DNA from: Bacillota bacterium
GTDB lineage: Bacteria; Bacillota; Clostridia; Tissierellales; Sedimentibacteraceae
Length of the DNA: 38,065 bases
Assembly (NCBI GenBank): GCA_036815895.1
Contig: DAISER010000024.1
Span: 1,248 to 39,312 of the forward strand
Direction of reading: 5' to 3'
The translations under genes were made by a program, and so were the position numbers. Positions 11,357 to 19,631 of this stretch are shown in pieces. Every line of letters begins with the position of its first letter. Within the stretch, counting starts at the first letter, position 1. Under the pieces are notes generated by a model. The model was not told where the DNA came from. It did not search any database and saw nothing but the letters and a program-made list of their open reading frames with translations.

Positions 11357-12049
11357 ATGGCAAGATTAAATGTAAATCCAACCAGAATGGTATTAACCTC
11401 TCTGAAAAAGCGTCTGAAGGTGGCGGTAAAAGGCCATAAGATGCTCAAGGATAAACGAGATGAGCTTATGAAGCAATTTTTGGAGCTTGCCAGAGAAAAT
11501 AAAGTCTTGCGTGAGCAGGTTGAGGCACACATCGGTGATGTTTATTCCAACTTCGTCATAGCCAGTGCGGTTATGTCATCTGAAGTGTTAAACGAAGCAT
11601 TGATGTTTCCGAAACAGGGCGTATCCATAGAAGTAGGCAATAAAAATGTCATGAGCGTTGATGTTCCGGTATTTGAATTTAAAACAACGACTGATGATAC
11701 ATCAAATATTTATCCCTATGGTTTTGCCAACACTTCGGCAGAGCTTGACAATGCAATTGAAAATTTAGCCGATATTTTTCCTGAATTGCTTAAGCTTGCG
11801 GCTGTTGAAAAAGAAGTGCAGCTTTTATCCGCTGAAATCGAAAAGACAAGAAGAAGGGTTAATGCTCTCGAATATGTTATGATTCCCCAATTTCAGGAAA
11901 CAATTAAATATATTCAGATGAAACTGGACGAAAATGAGAGAGGAAATCAAACCAGACTCATGAAGGTCAAAGACATGATGCTCCAGGAGGCAATAGAAGA
12001 AAAACAGGAATTTACCAATGCCTCCATTGATGAATTCAATTCAAAATAA
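11357..12049 (+). CDS. ntpD: V/A-type ATPase subunit D
   Basis: [28 protein letters not shown]. Confidence 0.96.
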   Translation: MARLNVNPTRMVLTSLKKRLKVAVKGHKMLKDKRDELMKQFLELARENKVLREQVEAHIGDVYSNFVIASAVMSSEVLNEALMFPKQGVSIEVGNKNVMSVDVPVFEFKTTTDDTSNIYPYGFANTSAELDNAIENLADIFPELLKLAAVEKEVQLLSAEIEKTRRRVNALEYVMIPQFQETIKYIQMKLDENERGNQTRLMKVKDMMLQEAIEEKQEFTNASIDEFNSK

Positions 12050-12083
12050 GGATTTTAATTTTACAACAATATAATAACAAATG

Positions 12084-12129
12084 CAAAAGGCCACCGCTTG
12101 ATAAATCATGCGGTGGCCTTTTGATTTTT
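12084..12129 (+). terminator. Intrinsic terminator of the V-ATPase operon
   Basis: CAAAAGGCCACCGC / GCGGTGGCCTTTTG 14-bp stem then ATTTTT. Confidence 0.9.
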
Positions 12130-12181
12130 CGATCATATTCACAGCTTTTTGTTTGAAATTATTATGGTAGCTCTTTTTTGC

Positions 12182-12210
12182 TTGACAAAGAGATGCGGCG
12201 CGGATATACT
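12182..12210 (+). promoter_or_regulatory. Sigma-A promoter
   Basis: TTGACA-N17-TATACT. Confidence 0.85.
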
Positions 12211-12224
12211 TTGATTATCAAATA
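12208..12224. promoter_or_regulatory. FabT-like (MarR family) operator over the predicted transcription start
   Basis: Palindrome TTTGAT-T-ATCAAA (12210-12222) resembles streptococcal/enterococcal FabT boxes (TTTGA-N3-TCAAA). Confidence 0.7.
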
Positions 12225-12252
12225 AACAGATATTTAAAGCATTGGAGAGAAT

Positions 12253-13299
12253 ATGAAGTTAAAAGAATTGAAAATCGGAAATTTAACTGCTGCGATTCCA
12301 ATAATTCAGGGAGGCATGGGTATCGGCATATCATTGTCCAACCTGGCTGCAGCCGTTGCCAATGAAGGTGGAATAGGAACGATATCAGGGGTGCAGATTG
12401 GGTTTCGTGAACCTGATTTTGCCGCCAATCCTGTAGAAGCCAATTTAAGAGCAATCGGAAAGGAAATAAAAAAAGCAAGAGAGAAAACAAAAGGCATTAT
12501 AGCCATGAACTTAATGGCTGCCATGAATAACTACGAACTTTATGTAAAAAAAGCTGTTGAAGAGAAGATAGATTTAATAATATCCGGAGCAGGACTGCCT
12601 CTTGCACTTCCTAAGCTTGTGGAAGGAACATCAACTAAGATAGCTCCGATAGTATCATCGGCGAAGGCTGCAAGAATAATTATAAAAAGTTATTTAAAGC
12701 ATGACAGGCTGCCTGATGCTGTTGTTGTAGAAGGACCGTTGGCAGGCGGACACCTGGGATTTAAGATGGATGAAATGTTAGAAAAAAAATATGCATCCTT
12801 AAAAGAAATTGTTAAGGAAGTAAAAGAGTTAATCGGCAATATCGAATCGGAACACAGTATTAAAATACCTGTTATTGCCGCTGGAGGAATAAGAACCAAA
12901 GAGGATATGGCTGAGCTGGCAGAGTCCGGAGCTGAGGGCTTTCAAATTGCAAGTTTGTTTGTTCCTACTGTTGAATGTGATGCTCATGAAAACTTCAAGC
13001 TTGCATATGTCAATGCAACAGATGAAGAAGAAATGATAATAAAGAGTCCTGTGGGAATGCCAGCAAGAGCCATTAGAACAAAATTCCTGACCGATTCTTT
13101 GATAAACGGCTGTACAGTAAGCAAATGCTACAAATGCATGCCTAACTGCAATCCGATGACTATTCCGTACTGCATATCAACCGGCCTCATAGATGCGGCG
13201 GAAGGTCGTGACGGTCTGATATTCTGCGGCTCTAAATTAGCAGGGATTAATAAAATTTCAACGGTTAAAGAGGTAATCAGCAAGCTAATTAATGACTGA
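12253..13299 (+). CDS. Nitronate monooxygenase/FabK-family FMN protein, FabX-like with C-terminal Fe-S motif
   Basis: PIIQGGMGIG, PDAVVVEGPLAGGHLG, IPVIAAGGI, CxxCxxxCx7C; FabT-like operator upstream. Confidence 0.8.
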   Translation: MKLKELKIGNLTAAIPIIQGGMGIGISLSNLAAAVANEGGIGTISGVQIGFREPDFAANPVEANLRAIGKEIKKAREKTKGIIAMNLMAAMNNYELYVKKAVEEKIDLIISGAGLPLALPKLVEGTSTKIAPIVSSAKAARIIIKSYLKHDRLPDAVVVEGPLAGGHLGFKMDEMLEKKYASLKEIVKEVKELIGNIESEHSIKIPVIAAGGIRTKEDMAELAESGAEGFQIASLFVPTVECDAHENFKLAYVNATDEEEMIIKSPVGMPARAIRTKFLTDSLINGCTVSKCYKCMPNCNPMTIPYCISTGLIDAAEGRDGLIFCGSKLAGINKISTVKEVISKLIND

Positions 13300-13346
13300 T
13301 AATTAAATATAACAAAAAATTAATAAAAATAAATTTTAAAATTTAC

Positions 13347-13375
13347 TTGACAAAGTATGTATAGTGGTGTAATAT
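13347..13375 (+). promoter_or_regulatory. Sigma-A promoter of the T-box/putP leader
   Basis: TTGACA-N17-TAATAT. Confidence 0.7.
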
Positions 13376-13394
13376 TTCGTTTAATATAATATTT

Positions 13395-13605
13395 GCTATG
13401 AAGAGGATTAATAAAGAAACATGGACTTAGAGAGAAGGCTGCTTGGTGAAATGCTTTTGTCCCACTGTTAATTGAACCCGCCTCGGAGCGTTTGGGGGTA
13501 ACAACCCAAAGGGCAAAACCCTTATCTTATTGAGTTACTGTACTTTTGTGCAGTTAGAGTGGTACCGCGGACATCCGCCTCTTATAGAGGCGGATGTATT
13601 TTTTT
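13395..13605 (+). ncRNA. T-box riboswitch, proline specifier
   Basis: Stem I with ATGAAGAGG/CCTCGGAGC GA motif, AGAGA and GGTGAAA loops; GAA-CCC-G specifier (13477-13479); T-box AGAGTGGTACCGCG (13556-13569); terminator. Confidence 0.93.
13571..13605 (+). terminator. T-box attenuator terminator
   Basis: ACATCCGCCTCT-TAT-AGAGGCGGATGT-A-T7. Confidence 0.92.
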
Positions 13606-13681
13606 AACCCTAACCCCGTTTCAGGTGATTTTCCTGAAAAATGGCGGTAGGTTTTATGCAGTGCAATTCAGTATGACTTGA

Positions 13682-13776
13682 CCCAATTTGTGCGAGCGAT
13701 AGCGAAGAACAAATTGCCGGTAAGTCAACCACAACGAATTCCCTATTTATGTGAGCGACAGCGAGCAAATAAATTG
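13682..13776. repeat. Two imperfect ~36-nt direct repeats, each a hairpin capped by GAGCGAYAGCGA
   Basis: CCCAATTTGTGCGAGCGATAGCGAAGAACAAATTG and CCCTATTTATGTGAGCGACAGCGAGCAAATAAATTG, 59-nt period. Confidence 0.75.
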
Positions 13777-13856
13777 GTGAATGAGACTGTGTAATTATGC
13801 GACCGGCAGTGAGCAAGCATATGTGGAGCCTGCAATTAAAAGAAGGAGGTTCGTTA

Positions 13857-15422
13857 ATGAAAGGAGACACATTACAAATTTTTGTTTCAATGATTGTGTA
13901 CATGGCTGTTGTTATGGGCATCGGATTATATTTTGCAAAACGTGCCAATGAAAGCAGTGACAACTATTTTTTAGGAGGTAGATCACTTGGCCCGTGGGTT
14001 ACGGCTATGAGCGCAGAAGCTTCAGATATGAGCGGATGGCTATTAATGGGTCTTCCGGGAGTTGCGTACTGGTTTGGCTTGAGTGATGCCATATGGACCG
14101 CAATAGGTCTTGCCGTGGGAACATACTTAAACTGGTTTTTCGTGGCTAAAAGGCTTCACAATTATTCTGTTGTTGCAGGAGATTCCATAACACTTCCTGA
14201 TTTTTACAGCAACCGATTTAAAGAAAAAAATAAGATTATCATGACTATTTCAGCAGTTTTTATTTTAGTATTTTTTACGGTTTATGCCTCGAGCTGTTTT
14301 GTCACTGTAGGTAAGCTGTTTAGTACGTTATTTGGATTTAAGTATCAGTATATGATGATAGCAGGTGCTGCATTTGTTATATTCTATACATTTGTCGGCG
14401 GATTTTTGGCTGAAAGTGCATCAGATACCATGCAGGCATTCGTAATGATTGTTGCCTTAGTAACAACTCTTGCTGTTGGAACAGCTGCCGCAGGCGGTAT
14501 AACAGCTGTTATTGCAAATGCACGGTCAATTCCGGGATTTTTTGAATTTTTCGGAATAGCATCTCCTATATTGGGAGCAGACGGCACACAGACAGTAATC
14601 AACGGTGTTCCGCAGTTCGGCGTAGCAGGCAGGTATGGAATATACACAGTGCTTTCGACAATGGCATGGGGTCTCGGCTATTTTGGAATGCCGCAGGTGC
14701 TTTTAAGATTTATGGCAATAAGAAATTCGGGAGAGTTAAAACAGTCAAGAAGAATTGCTACCGTATGGGTTCTGATTTCTCTTGTGGCTGCTGTTTCAAT
14801 AGGTATCATCGGAAGGGCTTTATTTCCTACGGCAATATCTACTTACAGCGAGGCTGAGAGCGTATTTGTTGTACTTTCTCAAAATCTGCTTCCGGCATTT
14901 CTGGCAGGCTTTGTAATGGCAGGGATACTGGCTGCCACAATAAGTTCTTCGGATTCATATTTGTTAATTGCCGCATCTGCATTTGCTAAAAATATTTATC
15001 AGCATTTAATTAATAAGGATGCAACGGATAAACAGGTCATGAATGTATCAAGAATTGTATTGCTGGCAATTTCAATTATAGGTATTGTGATTGCGCTTGA
15101 TGAAAGCAGCATAATATTTACCATTGTTTCATTTGCCTGGGCAGGATTCGGTGCTACGTTCGGACCGATTACACTATTCTCGCTGTTCTGGAAAAGAACA
15201 ACGAGGGAAGGTGCCATTGCAGGCATGCTTTCAGGAGGGATAATGGTATTTATATGGAAACTTCTTCTCAAACCAATGGGCGGAATTTTCGGTGTGTATG
15301 AATTGCTTCCTGCATTTATAATATCCTGCATATTCATTTATATGGTATCTAAAATGTCTGCGGAACCGTCTGCAGAAATTCAAAATGAATTTGAAATCGT
15401 GAGAAAAAAAGCACTGGAATAA
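13857..15422 (+). CDS. putP: Sodium/proline symporter (SSS family)
   Basis: YFLGGRSLGPWVTAMSAEASDMSGWLLMGLPG, WGLGYFGMPQVLLRFMA; ATG after AAGGAGGT; Pro T-box upstream. Confidence 0.95.
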   Translation: MKGDTLQIFVSMIVYMAVVMGIGLYFAKRANESSDNYFLGGRSLGPWVTAMSAEASDMSGWLLMGLPGVAYWFGLSDAIWTAIGLAVGTYLNWFFVAKRLHNYSVVAGDSITLPDFYSNRFKEKNKIIMTISAVFILVFFTVYASSCFVTVGKLFSTLFGFKYQYMMIAGAAFVIFYTFVGGFLAESASDTMQAFVMIVALVTTLAVGTAAAGGITAVIANARSIPGFFEFFGIASPILGADGTQTVINGVPQFGVAGRYGIYTVLSTMAWGLGYFGMPQVLLRFMAIRNSGELKQSRRIATVWVLISLVAAVSIGIIGRALFPTAISTYSEAESVFVVLSQNLLPAFLAGFVMAGILAATISSSDSYLLIAASAFAKNIYQHLINKDATDKQVMNVSRIVLLAISIIGIVIALDESSIIFTIVSFAWAGFGATFGPITLFSLFWKRTTREGAIAGMLSGGIMVFIWKLLLKPMGGIFGVYELLPAFIISCIFIYMVSKMSAEPSAEIQNEFEIVRKKALE

Positions 15423-15440
15423 AACTGAAAAAATAAGAAT

Positions 15441-15509
15441 AGAAGAAGCTGCTGCATTTAGCGGTTGTGTCCATGATGATTAATAATTGCTAATGCAACA
15501 GCTTCTTTT
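15441..15509. terminator. Long imperfect inverted repeat between convergent putP and aroK, probable bidirectional terminator
   Basis: AGAAGAAGCTGCTGCATTTAGCGGTTGT / ATAATTGCTAATGCAACAGCTTCTTTT. Confidence 0.55.
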
Positions 15510-16002
15510 GTCTGATATATGCTTCTGCAATGCTGTTTGCGGCATCACCGGCTGTTTTATTATTTAATATTTCAATGTGGCAGTATTTTTTGTATAAGTA
15601 GATTCTTTCACTGTAGAGCATATGGATATTGCTGATGCTTTCTTTAAGCAGGGGACGGGTTTCTGTGTCAATATCGGCGATTATCTTTTCAATCGGCCGG
15701 TTTAAAAAAACTATGACAGAGTTTTGTTTTAAATAATCCATGTTTTCTTTTCTTTTTATCACCCCTCCGCCTGTTGAAATTACAGTGGAACTTTCTTTGC
15801 TTACTTCCTTTGCACATTCGGTTTCCGCATTTCTGAAATATTCCTCGCTTATAGCGAACATAGCCGGAATCGATTTGTTTTCTTTTCGAGCTATATATTC
15901 GTCCATATCTATAAATTTCATTTCCAGTTTTTTTGAAACCAGCGAACCTACGGTTGTTTTTCCGCTTCCTGGCATACCGATTATAACTATATTTCCGTTC
16001 AT
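15490..16002 (-). CDS. aroK: Shikimate kinase
   Basis: IGMPGSGKTT P-loop, FIDMD, ISTGGG, RPLL; start corrected to MNGNIV. Confidence 0.93.
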   Translation of the reverse strand: MNGNIVIIGMPGSGKTTVGSLVSKKLEMKFIDMDEYIARKENKSIPAMFAISEEYFRNAETECAKEVSKESSTVISTGGGVIKRKENMDYLKQNSVIVFLNRPIEKIIADIDTETRPLLKESISNIHMLYSERIYLYKKYCHIEILNNKTAGDAANSIAEAYIRQKKLLH

Positions 16003-16007
16003 AGTCC

Positions 16008-16262
16008 TTATTTCTCCAGCTCCTTGCTTGAATCCATAATTTGTCTGTAAATACCTTCGATGCATTTAGAATATTCTTTGTTTTCTAAATAACTGATACA
16101 GTTTTCTATGACTGCTTTTTCTCTTTTTGCATCGTAAATCGGAATGTTGTTTTCTTTTTTATATTGTCCTATCTCTAATACAACATTAAATCTTTTTTCC
16201 AACAGACGTACTATTTCCATGTCAATATTGTTAATCTCGGTTCTTGCGTTTTTTAAATCCAT
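16008..16262 (-). CDS. Chorismate mutase (AroQ class), standalone
   Basis: L..ARTEINNID..IV.LL.KR...V..IG..K, D.KRE, S...E. Confidence 0.88.
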   Translation of the reverse strand: MDLKNARTEINNIDMEIVRLLEKRFNVVLEIGQYKKENNIPIYDAKREKAVIENCISYLENKEYSKCIEGIYRQIMDSSKELEK

Positions 16263-17344
16263 ATTTCACCATCTCTTTCCAACATTAAATCAAGTATGAC
16301 CAGGGCCGCTGCACCATCGATCACCGGAAGAACTCTCGGAACGATGCATGGGTCGTGGCGTCCCGCAATATTTAAAACCGTGGTTTCCATTTTGGATATG
16401 TCCACGGTGCTTTGAGGAGAGGAAATGGATGCAGTAGGCTTTATGGCCGTCCTGAATATTATAGGCATTCCGTTTGAGATGCCGCCCAATATTCCTCCGC
16501 TGTTATTGGTCTTTGTCATAATTTTTTTGTTTGCCACATAGAATTCATCATTTGCTTCCTTGCCTGTCTGTACTGTTATTTTAAAACCTGCTCCGAATTC
16601 AATTCCCTTGACTGCAGGTATCGAAAATATCATGTGAGATATTCTGCTTTCCACAGAATCGAAGAATGGCTGGCCGTATCCGGCGGGTACGTTGATTATG
16701 TATGTTTCAACTATTCCACCTAATGAATCGTTGCTGTTTCTGGCATTAACAATTTCGTCCTCCATCTGCTTTCTCTTTTTTTCGCATATAACAGGAAAAG
16801 TCATTTGTTTAAAAGTGTTAATTTCAGTTTCGTCAACTTTGGGTGCTGTGTCATCCTCTATATTATAGATGCTTTTTATCCTGCTTCCTATGAATATTTT
16901 TTTTCTTTCTAACAGCTGCATGGCAATAGAGCCTGCAAATAACAACGGAGCAGTAAGTCTGCCGGAAAAGTGCCCTCCGCCTCTGTAATCATTATATCCT
17001 CTATACTTTATATATCCGGTGTAGTCACTGTGTCCCGGACGGATTTTATTTTTTATTTCGCTGTAATCCTTTGAATTTTTGTCTTCATTAAATATTATGG
17101 CGCAAAGAGGCGCACCTGTTGTTTTGTTTTCAAAGAAACCGCTTAATATTTTGTAACGGTCACTTTCTTTTCGCGGAGTTGAAATGTCATTTTGTCCCGG
17201 AGCTCTTCTTTTCATCTGAAAGTCGATATAATCTAAGTCCAGTTCAATTCCGGGTGGAAGCCCGTCGACTACAACGCCTATTCCTTCCCCGTGAGATTCA
17301 CCGAATATGCTTACTTTAAGTTTATTTCCGGTTATTGAGCTCAT
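16253..17344 (-). CDS. aroC: Chorismate synthase
   Basis: FGESHG, RPGHSD, RGGGHFSGRLT, GRHDPCI; ATG after GGAGGTG. Confidence 0.96.
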   Translation of the reverse strand: MSSITGNKLKVSIFGESHGEGIGVVVDGLPPGIELDLDYIDFQMKRRAPGQNDISTPRKESDRYKILSGFFENKTTGAPLCAIIFNEDKNSKDYSEIKNKIRPGHSDYTGYIKYRGYNDYRGGGHFSGRLTAPLLFAGSIAMQLLERKKIFIGSRIKSIYNIEDDTAPKVDETEINTFKQMTFPVICEKKRKQMEDEIVNARNSNDSLGGIVETYIINVPAGYGQPFFDSVESRISHMIFSIPAVKGIEFGAGFKITVQTGKEANDEFYVANKKIMTKTNNSGGILGGISNGMPIIFRTAIKPTASISSPQSTVDISKMETTVLNIAGRHDPCIVPRVLPVIDGAAALVILDLMLERDGEIWI

Positions 17345-18560
17345 ATATGACACCTCCCAGTGATTTGTAGTCTTCCCAAAAATGGGGATATGACTTGCTG
17401 ACAGCCATATGGTTTTCCAATATTATTTCATTTTTGCACTTTGTTGCGGCAACAGCAAGCGACATGGCTATGCGGTGATCGTTCCAGCTGTTCACTTTCG
17501 CATTGCCTTTCAGACTTTGTTTTCCCTTTATTATCAGTCCGTCTTCAGTTTCCCTTATTGAAGCTCCCAATTTTCCAAGTTCCGTAGAAATTGCTTTCAG
17601 CCTGTCGGATTCTTTGAGCCGGAGTCGCCCGGCATTTGTTATGACGGTGGTATGATTGTTTTTTAATGAAGCCATGACTGCTATTATGGGAACGAGGTCG
17701 GGAATCTGGGATGCGTCTATTGCTGTTTCATCCTTCAGGCAGCCGTACTTATTAATTATATTTATTATTTCCTTATCTCCCTGCAGTGAATCGGCATTCA
17801 GACCTGGACATTCCACTTCATTGCCAAGTTCGTTTGCCGCAAGAAAAAATGCTGCTTGGGAATAATCACGTTCAATTGTATAAGTGGTACTTTTATATTT
17901 CTGTCTTCCTTTTATGAGAAATGTTTTTTCATTAGTTTCATATATATGAATTCCGTAATGCCTGATAACATCAATTGTCATCTGAACATATGATTTTGAT
18001 TCAAAGCTGCCGTCTATGACTATTTTTGAATCACCTTCAAGAAGAGGCAGTGAAAACAACAAACCTGATATAAACTGTGAGCTTATGCTTCCGGAAATCA
18101 CATATGTGCCGGGTGAAAGACTGCCTCTGAGTGTGAGACGCTCATTTTCAGCATTGTAATCAATCTGCTGTTTTGCGAATATATCATAATAGACATCAAG
18201 AGGCCTTTCAAATAATCTTTTGCTTCCTGTAAATATGCAGGAGTCTGTCAACACAAGGCTTAAAGGAATCAGAAACCTCAGTGTGGAACCTGATTCACCG
18301 CAGCTTATGACTGGATTTTTTTCAATGACATTGTTTCTTTTTATATAAGCACTGCTATTTTCTATATTTATTTCTGAGCCCAGTTTTTTCATTCCATCTG
18401 CGGTTGCCTTTATATCTTCTGAAAAAAGTAGGTTATTTATAATGCTCTGCTCGTCATTGCACAGGGAAGCGCAGATTATGGCTCTGTGGCTCAGACTTTT
18501 TGAGGGAGGAACGGCAATCCTTCCTTTCAGAACCGAAGGCATGATTTTTATGCTTTTCAT
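17322..18560 (-). CDS. aroA: EPSP synthase
   Basis: PPSKSLSHR, ESGSTLRF, SSQFISGLL, LRLKESDR, NDHRIAM. Confidence 0.96.
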   Translation of the reverse strand: MKSIKIMPSVLKGRIAVPPSKSLSHRAIICASLCNDEQSIINNLLFSEDIKATADGMKKLGSEINIENSSAYIKRNNVIEKNPVISCGESGSTLRFLIPLSLVLTDSCIFTGSKRLFERPLDVYYDIFAKQQIDYNAENERLTLRGSLSPGTYVISGSISSQFISGLLFSLPLLEGDSKIVIDGSFESKSYVQMTIDVIRHYGIHIYETNEKTFLIKGRQKYKSTTYTIERDYSQAAFFLAANELGNEVECPGLNADSLQGDKEIINIINKYGCLKDETAIDASQIPDLVPIIAVMASLKNNHTTVITNAGRLRLKESDRLKAISTELGKLGASIRETEDGLIIKGKQSLKGNAKVNSWNDHRIAMSLAVAATKCKNEIILENHMAVSKSYPHFWEDYKSLGGVIYELNNRK

Positions 18561-18569
18561 GATACCTCC

Positions 18570-19631
18570 TTATATTGCAATATATTTTTCTGCTTCATCA
18601 AGTGAAACTTTTTTTACAAAAGCATCTCCGATTTTTTTTAATAAAATCAAGTTGATTTCTCCGGACAGGTTCTTTTTATCAAGACGTATATAATTTTTTA
18701 TATTATTCATGTTTAAATCAGGAAAATTATAGTCAATATTGAAATGGTCCAGCATATTTTTGATTTTTTCATATGTTCCCGCTTCTGTGATTCCGGATTT
18801 TTCGCTGTTTTTGGTTATATAAAGCATTCCTGCCGACACCGCTTCTCCGTGAGTTATTTCAAAATTCATACTTTTTTCTATGGCGTGGCCTATGGTGTGC
18901 CCAAAGTTTAAAAGCATTCTCTGTCCCTTGTCTTTTTCGTCGGCTTCAACCAGCTCCTTTTTTATTTTACAGCATGTGCAGATAAGCTGATCTATATGCT
19001 CAAACATCGCTTCCTTTGTATCAATGCTCATTAACATATCAAACAGTGCGGTGTCTTTGATGCATGCATATTTTATTACTTCTCCCAGACCGTCTCTTAT
19101 ATATTTTTCAGGCAGGGTGAGCAAAATATCGGGATCGGTGAGAACTCTTACCGGATGGTAGAAGCTGCCGGCTAAGTTTTTGCCTTCCTTTAAATTGACG
19201 GCAACTTTCCCTCCAATGCACGAGTCAATTTGAGCAAGCAGGGATGTGGGTATTTGAATATAGTCAATTCCTCTTAAATATGTGGATGCCGCAAAACCCG
19301 CAAGATCGCCTACAACTCCACCGCCGAACGCAATAATTAAATCGCTTCTTGTAATATTAGAGGCGGCAAGTTTTGAATAAACATGTTCCAATGTGCTTAA
19401 CGACTTGCTGGTTTCACCGGGTTTTACCACAATAAAATTCGGGTCGAAATTTTCGCTTAACACTTCATTCAATGTGTTGCCGTACAGATCGTATAAGTTG
19501 CTGTCGGTTATTACCGCTATTTTAGTATTTTCATAAACTTTTTTTATGTCTGTTCCTAAATTTTTCAGCAGGCCTTTTTCTATGATAATGTCGTAGCTTT
19601 TACCTGGTATATTGATTTCTAATTTTTTCAT
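18570..19631 (-). CDS. aroB: 3-dehydroquinate synthase
   Basis: GGGVVGDLAGF, PTSLLAQ.DS..GGK, LNFGHTIGHA; start overlaps aroF stop (TGATG). Confidence 0.96.
   Translation of the reverse strand: MKKLEINIPGKSYDIIIEKGLLKNLGTDIKKVYENTKIAVITDSNLYDLYGNTLNEVLSENFDPNFIVVKPGETSKSLSTLEHVYSKLAASNITRSDLIIAFGGGVVGDLAGFAASTYLRGIDYIQIPTSLLAQIDSCIGGKVAVNLKEGKNLAGSFYHPVRVLTDPDILLTLPEKYIRDGLGEVIKYACIKDTALFDMLMSIDTKEAMFEHIDQLICTCCKIKKELVEADEKDKGQRMLLNFGHTIGHAIEKSMNFEITHGEAVSAGMLYITKNSEKSGITEAGTYEKIKNMLDHFNIDYNFPDLNMNNIKNYIRLDKKNLSGEINLILLKKIGDAFVKKVSLDEAEKYIAI

Noticed and set aside
12098..12109. TTGATAAATCAT in the ATPase terminator loop as a second FabT box
   Set aside because: Wrong spacing; explained as an extension of the terminator stem
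13682..13776. Twin repeats as a mini CRISPR array
   Set aside because: Only two divergent copies, a spacer of about 24 nt and no cas genes
13610..13963. 117-aa minus-strand ORF across the putP leader
   Set aside because: Overlaps putP in antisense and runs through the structured leader; no family motif
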